Positions 56,920-64,000 of a stretch of DNA of 64,000 bases are shown here, one piece after another. How positions within the stretch are numbered: position 1 is the first letter of the stretch; each line of letters starts with the position of its first letter. This DNA comes from Candidatus Riflebacteria bacterium HGW-Riflebacteria-2 (lineage in GTDB: Bacteria; Muiribacteriota; Ozemobacteria; Ozemobacterales; Ozemobacteraceae). Below the pieces are notes generated by a model. The model worked only from the letters and a program-made list of their open reading frames with translations. It had not been told where the DNA came from and did not search any database. The position numbers were made by a program, and so were the translations under genes. The DNA lies in NCBI GenBank assembly GCA_002839435.1, contig PGYA01000006.1, positions 50,132 through 114,131 of the forward strand, given 5' to 3'.

Positions 56920-58440
56920 TCAGATCAGCGGGCGCAACCACTGCAGCTTGCGCATCAGATTCATCTTTTTAAGGGTCTTTTCGTTAACGTGATCTTCGGG
57001 GCCGTAGGCTTTGATTATTCTACCGTTTGCATCAACCTCGATGCGATACTCGATGTTTTTCTTCTCAATCAGTCTGAGAATGCGCAATCGGGTCATCTGC
57101 GCAAAAGGCTTGTCATGGATGGCGGCGACAACTTCTGAATTAATATCTTCGCTGAGCGGATCCATGTTGTATGAGCCAACAACCGCGACAGTACCGTCGA
57201 ACACAAACATCTTGGCGTGCAGGCGCTCATTCTGGCTGGGCGCGACAAAGATGCGCGCGGTCGGCATAGTCTGCAGCAACCTTTTCCAGTCATTCATCAG
57301 AAAGGCCTGCGGAAAAAGAGAATCGGTAGATTCAGCGCTGTTAGTATGAAAAATTATGCTGACGCCGCGATCAGCAGCTCTTTTAAGAGCAGATTCAGCC
57401 GCTTCGGTGATAACCAGGTAAGGATTCTGAATGATGATTTCATGGCGACTCGCATCGATCATTCGGGTAAGAGCCGGTGTAATACCATTGAGCGGACCAG
57501 TACGGGAATGCTTGTCAAGAATCTTGACCTGTTTTTCGCGCTCACCTCTGAACATCTGAAATGATGTAAGAGAGCTGATGTTCTTGTAAGCACTGATTTC
57601 TTTGTTCATCGCGATGAGCTCGGCTTTGAGCTTGCCTTCATTCATCTTTTCGGAATCATACAGACCGCGTCCCTGCATGTAGCGGGACATGACACGATAA
57701 GCGAGTTCGACTCTCGCGAGCTGATCCTTGAAGTTGATCGTATCTGCCTTTACCACAAGATTGCGATTGAATTTCCATTCATCGTCAAAAGCCTTTTTAA
57801 GCTGGCCAGCAACGTGTCTGCCCTGCATGAGAACGTCTGAGTCGTTGTATACGATGTCGTTTTCACCGTTCTGGGCAAAATAGTCGGCGCCAATGTTGCG
57901 ACCGCCGATAATAGAAACCATACTATCGCAGATGATTATCTTGTCATGATTCGAGGCTGCAATTTTCTTGTAGTCATTGAATACTGAAACAAGCGACTTG
58001 CGGATCGAATTGTAGAGCTTGATTTGAACGTTTGGAAAAGCCGCGAGTTCTTCGACTTTGTCAGGCATCTTGCTCATGTAAGGCATGCGATAGACGCGCC
58101 CGTCAACCATCAGGCGGATACGAACACCCTGGCGGGCCTTTTTAAGAAGCAGCCCGATAAATGCCTGACCAAAAATATCTTTGTCAATAATGAAGTAAGT
58201 GCAGTCAATGGTCTCACGTGCTTCTTCGACCATTTTCCAGCGGCTGTACCAAGCTTCGTCGTTGGCGGTAATCAGCCTGATACGGGTCTGGGCGTAGGAA
58301 CCATCGACCCTGACGCCGTCGAACACTTCGCTGAGACTGCGATTATCGGGAAAAGGCCGGTATGCCGCCGCGAAAGCGGACCCAGTCAGCATACAAAAGA
58401 CTGCGAGAATACAAAACAGCGACCTGATACTCTTATTCAT
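56920..58440 (-). CDS. Secreted phospholipase D family protein (cardiolipin synthase ClsC-like)
   Basis: Two HKD motifs (NHDKIIICD..GGRNIG and LHAKMFVFD..GSYNMD); signal peptide AFA-A. Confidence 0.9.
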   Translation of the reverse strand: MNKSIRSLFCILAVFCMLTGSAFAAAYRPFPDNRSLSEVFDGVRVDGSYAQTRIRLITANDEAWYSRWKMVEEARETIDCTYFIIDKDIFGQAFIGLLLKKARQGVRIRLMVDGRVYRMPYMSKMPDKVEELAAFPNVQIKLYNSIRKSLVSVFNDYKKIAASNHDKIIICDSMVSIIGGRNIGADYFAQNGENDIVYNDSDVLMQGRHVAGQLKKAFDDEWKFNRNLVVKADTINFKDQLARVELAYRVMSRYMQGRGLYDSEKMNEGKLKAELIAMNKEISAYKNISSLTSFQMFRGEREKQVKILDKHSRTGPLNGITPALTRMIDASRHEIIIQNPYLVITEAAESALKRAADRGVSIIFHTNSAESTDSLFPQAFLMNDWKRLLQTMPTARIFVAPSQNERLHAKMFVFDGTVAVVGSYNMDPLSEDINSEVVAAIHDKPFAQMTRLRILRLIEKKNIEYRIEVDANGRIIKAYGPEDHVNEKTLKKMNLMRKLQWLRPLI

Positions 58441-58636
58441 ACTTAACTCCTTATCGAGTCTATCTTTTTAATTTTAGTTTTTTTACCGCCATCTGTAAAG
58501 ATGTATTCTGGCATTATGAAGAACCAATTATTGGCGCAGGCCTGAAAAAATGCCGGCACAACCCTTTTACTCTATTGTTATCCGCCTATCGACGGTGTAC
58601 AATAGTTTTATAAGACCACTAACAAGGAGAATCTGC

Positions 58637-59386
58637 GTGCGCAAACTCATACTTGCTGTCTGCCTGATGCTGATAATACTGGCGCCGGCCAATGCCTGCG
58701 ATGTAAGCCTTTTTGCCCTGGTCGCTGGAAACAGCCCAAACAATGCCTTTGCCGAAAAACTGACTGGCCTGGTGAGCTCTGCCAAGGCAGTCGGCAACAA
58801 TTCCCAGGAACCGGCAGCATTGCCCGGACACCTTCAGAAGCTGATGACCAGCTGGATAGAATTCAGCAATACCTATCTGGTCAATCCGCCAGAATGGGCA
58901 AAAAATGATGCATCCTGGAAACAAAAGTTTGATGAACTGACCGATCTCATTGGAAGCATCAGAAAAAACCTGTCGAACCAGGAACCCGATCAACCGAAAG
59001 CCCACCAGGAAATCCAGAAGTTCACGCGCCGACTGACCAGATTGTATGACGGCCTCCAGATGAACGAACTCGCCCGCCTGCTCCTGGACACAAGCACACA
59101 CATCGACCACATATGGGATGCCTGGTGGGCACAGGATCGCCAGAAGCTAGTCGAAGCCACAAAAAACTTCAGTTCTGTCTGCCATAACCTTTCTGAAAAA
59201 CTCGATGAGGCAAGCGCAAAAATGGCCGAAAACATAGTTCACCGCGCCGGAGAACTGCACAAAATGGCGGCCAGAGAAGACGTTTTTACTGGCAAATCTT
59301 TCGAATTCATGCTCAACATGACAGAAAACGATTTTGCCAGATTCAACGATGCCCGCAGAGAAAAAACAGCCACCGACAGCAAGTAG
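58637..59386 (+). CDS. Secreted helical hypothetical protein
   Basis: AAGGAG RBS, GTG start, signal peptide ANA-CD. Confidence 0.75.
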   Translation: MRKLILAVCLMLIILAPANACDVSLFALVAGNSPNNAFAEKLTGLVSSAKAVGNNSQEPAALPGHLQKLMTSWIEFSNTYLVNPPEWAKNDASWKQKFDELTDLIGSIRKNLSNQEPDQPKAHQEIQKFTRRLTRLYDGLQMNELARLLLDTSTHIDHIWDAWWAQDRQKLVEATKNFSSVCHNLSEKLDEASAKMAENIVHRAGELHKMAAREDVFTGKSFEFMLNMTENDFARFNDARREKTATDSK

Positions 59387-59411
59387 ACCAAGAAAAACTC
59401 CATTCAGTCCT

Positions 59412-61499
59412 ATGCGTATACTTCAGATTATCAACGCCCTGACGCTGGGTGGTGCCCAGTTCATTCTGCTCGACCTGGCACGACATGCCCGCAGCCAGGG
59501 TTGTGAGGTAGAAATTGCCTGTTTCCGGGATGGGCCGATCGGCGGCATGTTGCGTCAGGAAGGCTTTACCGTGCATATTCTCGGCGAGAATTTTCTCGAT
59601 ATCCCGGCATTTATAAGACTTATCGGTATACTGACAAAGTTCCGACCCGACATCGTGCACTCGCATCTCTTCCGGGCTACCTTCTGGGCACGCATCTGCT
59701 GCTGGTTACCCCCTCATATCAAGTTGATAACCTCAATACATGGCTGCGAAAGCACTTCTTTTCATTACCTCGAGCGGCTGCTAAACCGCTTTTCCAATGG
59801 CCTGGTTTTTCCCAGCCGTTTTTTGCGCGACTGGTATATCAGCCGTATCAGATCACGGAAAAGCGAAGAATGCAGTATCATTTACCCGGGAGTTGATATT
59901 TCATGGCCCGTGGCCACACGCAAGAGCAGCCCCAGGGTAAGAATTGGAACCCTGTCGCGTCTGCACCCGGTAAAAGGCATTGACCGTCTGATAGACGCCT
60001 GCAGCCAGCTGAAGCAGAGACAGATCGACTTTGAGCTGGTGATCGGCGGCGACGGTCGGCAACGCCATGAATTGAGCGAACTGGCCAGGAAGTTGAATCT
60101 TGCTGACTGCTGCCGGTTCTGTGGTGAGATTTCCGATCGCCAGAGCTTTCTTGAGGCGCTCGACATTTTTGTAGCGCCTTCCCGCCAGGAAGCCTTTGGC
60201 ATACATATCTGCGAAGCGATGGAACGCAGCCTGCCGGTTATCGGTGCCTGCGTCGGTGGCATACCCGAACTGATCGAACACGAAGAAACTGGTCTTTTAT
60301 TCGACCCCGAAAGCCCGACCGCGCTGGCACAGGCTCTCGAAAAACTTATCGGCAGTCCTGAAACCAGAACCAGACTCGGCAACAACGCCCGCAACCGTGT
60401 CACAAGCCTTTTTGACCGAGAAAAAGCTGTGGCCAGGCATATTGCACTTTTCCGCCAGCTTTGCGCAAATAGACGCCATGTTCACTTTGCCATTTCTTCC
60501 TGCGAACTTGGTGGAGGCGAAAGAGTCGCCCTTGGCCTGATCAGGTCTCTCAAAGCAAGGGGCTGGCAAATCAGCGCCACCTGTTCAGGCGAACCACTGG
60601 CAACAGCAATCGCCGAAACAGGCGCAACGGTCTCTGTCAGCAGTATGCGCGGCGGCGGCCTGTTTTTCGCGCTCAAGCTTCTGGCAACGCTGTGCCTGCT
60701 GCGCCCCGACATCGTCAGCTCCCATCTCAACCGCGCCAGTCTCGCCACCGGTCTGCTTGGCAGGCTTTGCCATATACCTACCATCGCACACATTCACGGG
60801 CTGAACAAGCAGAGTTACTACCACTTCAGCGACTGCCTGGTCGCCGTCTCAAATGCGGTAAAGAAGCATGTAGTCGAGCAAAATGCGAGTCTCAGCAACA
60901 TAAAGGTTATCACCAACCGCATCGACAAACCTGCGCTTATCGCAAAGAAGGCGATAAACAACCCGCTGCGACTGGTTATTACAGCCAAACTACACAAAAA
61001 CAAGGGGCACCTGTGGGCTCTTGAGGCAATTGCGCAAAATCTCGAACGCATCGGCGACATTAGAATCGACATGCTGGGTGAGGGCCCCGAACGGGCCGCG
61101 CTGGAAAAATACTGCCGCAACAGCGCTCTGAAGAACCATGTATGCTTTCATGGTTTTGTCGATGACCCCGAATCTTTCTACGATAACATCGACATCGCCC
61201 TGCTGCCGTCTCTTGGCGAGGGAATCCCTCTCAGTCTCCTTGAAGCCATGCGCTGGGGGATTCCCTGTATCGCGACCAACATCGGCGGCATACCTGAAAT
61301 AGTCGAAAACGACAAAAACGGCGTGCTGGTTGAACCGGGCGCGGCAGAAGCGCTGGTTAATGCGATTCTGCAGGTTCGTGCCGATTACCAAAGATTCAGC
61401 AGCGCCGCCATAGACAAGTTTAAGATTATCAACAACTATGCAAGCATGCTCGATGAATTTGAAAACCTGCTGCTGCAGACCATGAGGCAAAAAAAGTGA
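59412..61499 (+). CDS. Tandem GT-B (family 4-like) glycosyltransferase, two fused modules
   Basis: GGAQ/GGGE N-terminal motifs, PDIVHSH/PDIVSSH and two Ex7E motifs (EAFGIHICE, EGIPLSLLE). Confidence 0.92.
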   Translation: MRILQIINALTLGGAQFILLDLARHARSQGCEVEIACFRDGPIGGMLRQEGFTVHILGENFLDIPAFIRLIGILTKFRPDIVHSHLFRATFWARICCWLPPHIKLITSIHGCESTSFHYLERLLNRFSNGLVFPSRFLRDWYISRIRSRKSEECSIIYPGVDISWPVATRKSSPRVRIGTLSRLHPVKGIDRLIDACSQLKQRQIDFELVIGGDGRQRHELSELARKLNLADCCRFCGEISDRQSFLEALDIFVAPSRQEAFGIHICEAMERSLPVIGACVGGIPELIEHEETGLLFDPESPTALAQALEKLIGSPETRTRLGNNARNRVTSLFDREKAVARHIALFRQLCANRRHVHFAISSCELGGGERVALGLIRSLKARGWQISATCSGEPLATAIAETGATVSVSSMRGGGLFFALKLLATLCLLRPDIVSSHLNRASLATGLLGRLCHIPTIAHIHGLNKQSYYHFSDCLVAVSNAVKKHVVEQNASLSNIKVITNRIDKPALIAKKAINNPLRLVITAKLHKNKGHLWALEAIAQNLERIGDIRIDMLGEGPERAALEKYCRNSALKNHVCFHGFVDDPESFYDNIDIALLPSLGEGIPLSLLEAMRWGIPCIATNIGGIPEIVENDKNGVLVEPGAAEALVNAILQVRADYQRFSSAAIDKFKIINNYASMLDEFENLLLQTMRQKK

Positions 61500-62551
61500 G
61501 CAGAGTTCTCTTCGTGTCGCCAGTTGCCTTCGAGGCCCTGCATCAGCGCCATCAGTCGCTGGCCGGAGAACTGGCCAAGCGCGGTCAGCAGGTATCTTTT
61601 TTAAACCCGGTCAGAACTGGCGGATACAGCTGCAAAAGCAGCTCTGCTGCCGAGAATCTCGAGATCCTGCAACTGTATGTTCCCTTTAAAGGTGTTTCCT
61701 GCCCTGTTTTGCAGATGCTTGCCGCCAGGTTCGTCATGATGCTTCTCAGAGCAGGAACCAGGCTGACAACTGCCGGGACCATGCTGTGGATAAGTGAGCC
61801 TTCACTCGCCTGGCTGACCAGGCAACGATGGCAAAACGTTGTCTACGACCGTTGCGACCTGCACGGCTTATTTCCCGGCCAGAACCGGCGGGCCTGGCAA
61901 AAATACGAAAACCGGCTGTTCGCTGCAGCCAGACTGATAAGCTGTTCACACCGCTATCTGCAGCAAACGCTGCCGGAAACCGCCCGGCATAAAAGCGTGC
62001 TGGCCGGCAACGCCAGCGCTGACATCTTTTTTGCGCCAGGCCGTCGCCAGGCGACAGGCGCCCGCCCCCTCAGACTTGTTTCTGCCGGTGCGCACCATGA
62101 ATGGGTCGATATCGACTGGCTGAAAATGCTGTGTTCGCAGGCAGCGGTGGAACTGCATCTGGCCGGGACCGGCCGCGGCAAGAGCTACGAAGAGCTGCGC
62201 CGGCATAAAAGTGTAATCGAGCATGGGCAGCTATCGCAGGCCAGACTTGCCGATCTGCTTAAGAGCTGCGATATTGGCCTGGTGCCATTCCGGGATATAG
62301 AGCTGATACGCGGTGTTGATCCGGTAAAGGTTTATGAATATGCCGCCAGTGGCCTTGAAGTGTGGGCTCCACCGCTGGCAGCACTACGCGAGAACCCTTT
62401 GATAGACAGATTCATGGCAAATACCAGCGATCTTGCCCGGGCTGTCGATGATCTGGCAACGGCCCGGACGCGACCGACACCACTGGTAGCCAGATGGTCA
62501 GAAAGGTTGCAGACAATCCTTGACAGACTCGATGATTTGCGGTCAGATTAG
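61496..62551 (+). CDS. Glycosyltransferase (GT-B)
   Basis: QRHQSLA, VVYDRCD, DIGLVPF and DPVKVYEYAASG motifs. Confidence 0.85.
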   Translation: MSRVLFVSPVAFEALHQRHQSLAGELAKRGQQVSFLNPVRTGGYSCKSSSAAENLEILQLYVPFKGVSCPVLQMLAARFVMMLLRAGTRLTTAGTMLWISEPSLAWLTRQRWQNVVYDRCDLHGLFPGQNRRAWQKYENRLFAAARLISCSHRYLQQTLPETARHKSVLAGNASADIFFAPGRRQATGARPLRLVSAGAHHEWVDIDWLKMLCSQAAVELHLAGTGRGKSYEELRRHKSVIEHGQLSQARLADLLKSCDIGLVPFRDIELIRGVDPVKVYEYAASGLEVWAPPLAALRENPLIDRFMANTSDLARAVDDLATARTRPTPLVARWSERLQTILDRLDDLRSD

Positions 62552-62554
62552 ACT

Positions 62555-63523
62555 ATGAAAATTTTACTCTGCGGTTTTTTTGGCGAAGGCAATCTTGGCG
62601 ACGAAACCATTCTCGCGGCCATACGTGAGCAGTTGCCTGACAGCTGTGGCCTGACTATTACCAGCGGCAGACAAATGCTCTATGGCGGTCAGGCCATACG
62701 TCGGCGTGGCCTGCTCTCGTGGCCGGCGTTCCTCCAGGCCGCCTTCGAAAATAACGCGGCGATATTTTCAGGGGGGGTGCTGCAGGACTGGTCATTCGAG
62801 GGGGTAACCTTTTTTGCGCTACGTATTATTGCAGCCAGCACGCTGCGTTGCGAACCGGCTCTGTGGGGCGCCGGCATCGGCCCCCTGCGCAGCATCGGCG
62901 GCAGGAAACTGGCGGCGCGCGCTCTTAAAAGGGTTAAAACCGCCTGGCTGCGCGACAACGCTTCACTGCAACTTTTCAACGAATTGGCCGAAACACCTGC
63001 CTCAGATGGAACCGACTGGAGCTGGCATTTTCCGGTCACCACCAGCCCGGAACGGGAAAATGCACCGATAGCGCTCAATCTGCGACAATGGGAAAGCGAA
63101 GAGTGGCGAAACCAGGTAGCACACCAGCTGCGCCACGGGCAGCGCCAGATCGTTGGTATGGCAGCGCGGCGCAGTGACATCGACGTAATACGTGAACTGG
63201 CGCCAACAGCTTCGATAATGCATCCAGCCACTTTCAGCGAATTTGCCGAGAGCTGCCGCAACTTCTCGTTTGGTCTGGCTATGCGTTATCACGCAGGCCT
63301 GGCCATGTTGCGCGCCGGACTACCGGTCAAACTGGTTGCCTATGATGAAAAAGTCAGCGAACTCGCCCGCTCAGCCGGTGTCCTTACTATCGCCGAAAAC
63401 CAGATAAGCGGTTTTAAAACGGCGGCACCCCAATTTATCAGCAACCAGCAGCAGAAGTTCGCCGCCATGCAGCGAGCTTTTGCCGACTGGATGCAGGGTT
63501 TGTCTGCCAGCCAGCTGCGATGA
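62555..63523 (+). CDS. Polysaccharide pyruvyl transferase (CsaB-like)
   Basis: GFFGEGNLGDE, SGGVLQD, GIGPL, LRD..S, MRYHA and YDEKV motifs. Confidence 0.88.
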   Translation: MKILLCGFFGEGNLGDETILAAIREQLPDSCGLTITSGRQMLYGGQAIRRRGLLSWPAFLQAAFENNAAIFSGGVLQDWSFEGVTFFALRIIAASTLRCEPALWGAGIGPLRSIGGRKLAARALKRVKTAWLRDNASLQLFNELAETPASDGTDWSWHFPVTTSPERENAPIALNLRQWESEEWRNQVAHQLRHGQRQIVGMAARRSDIDVIRELAPTASIMHPATFSEFAESCRNFSFGLAMRYHAGLAMLRAGLPVKLVAYDEKVSELARSAGVLTIAENQISGFKTAAPQFISNQQQKFAAMQRAFADWMQGLSASQLR

Positions 63524-64000
63524 AAAAACTGCTGCAGAACGTATACCTCGCGCTGACCACCTGTGAGCGTAGATTCTTCGAAGTTTTCAGCTTTCTGGTT
63601 TATCGACCACAGGCGCGGGTAATTTCGGTCGGCAACCTCAGTATGGGCGGAACCGGCAAAACCCCGGTGCTTTTCGAAATCATTGAAGAACTGCGACAAA
63701 GCCACAATGTCTGCGTATTGAGCCGAGGCTACCGCAGCCCATGGGAACGCAGCTTCTACCACCTGCAGGGCAAGGGGTCGCATCCGGACGGGCTTACTGA
63801 CGAGGCCCTGCTGCTGAATCGAAGGTTTCCGCAGATTCCTGTGCTGCTCGGCAAGAACCGCCACCACGCCGCAATAGTTGGCGAACAGCGCGTGAAGCCC
63901 GATATATTTCTACTCGACGATGGTTTTCAGTATCGACGACTGCGAAAAGATGTTGAGCTGCTGCTCTGGGATGCCATGTCTGACCCGACTGAAGCTCAGC
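63520..64000 (+). CDS. lpxK: Tetraacyldisaccharide 4'-kinase, 5' part (runs off the window)
   Basis: Translated by hand from ATG 63520: VISVGNLSMGGTGKTP, VLSRGY, DEALLL, LLDDGFQ..RL.KD. Confidence 0.93.
   Translation, partial: MKKLLQNVYLALTTCERRFFEVFSFLVYRPQARVISVGNLSMGGTGKTPVLFEIIEELRQSHNVCVLSRGYRSPWERSFYHLQGKGSHPDGLTDEALLLNRRFPQIPVLLGKNRHHAAIVGEQRVKPDIFLLDDGFQYRRLRKDVELLLWDAMSDPTEAQ

Overview
Bacterial chromosome segment from a diderm (lpxK and an Skp-like gene are present). The many lineage-specific secreted proteins suggest a poorly characterised phylum, possibly Ca. Riflebacteria, but this is an unverified impression. The centre is a ~30 kb integrative defence island (8418-38346) inserted at the 3' end of an elongator tRNA-Met. 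It is bounded by a 12-bp direct repeat (TAGCAAGGGTCG) and by tandem TT(A/G)TCCCTA arm-type sites inside both ends. The island carries a P4-like tyrosine integrase, alpA, a primase C-terminal fragment and a DUF3987 gene, but no structural phage genes. Its cargo is a complete type 1 BREX locus (brxA-brxB-brxC-pglX-pglZ-brxL) with several additions. A Schlafen/AlbA_2 protein and an ABC-ATPase + PD-(D/E)xK-like pair sit between brxC and pglX. BrxL ends in a PLD/MIT_C-like domain instead of Lon. A 1112-aa Ser/Thr kinase follows brxL, and an XRE + ImmA/IrrE pair lies upstream between two copies of a 23-bp repeat. The flanks hold tilS, a Pcp-GrpB fusion, proline dehydrogenase, three tRNAs, a minor-pilin/Skp/giant-protein operon, ftsY, smc, an orphan Mo-hydroxylase large subunit, a PLD and a glycosyltransferase-pyruvyltransferase-lpxK operon. 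Three secreted proteins share an unnamed C-terminal module. All product calls come from motif recognition by eye; no database searches were run.
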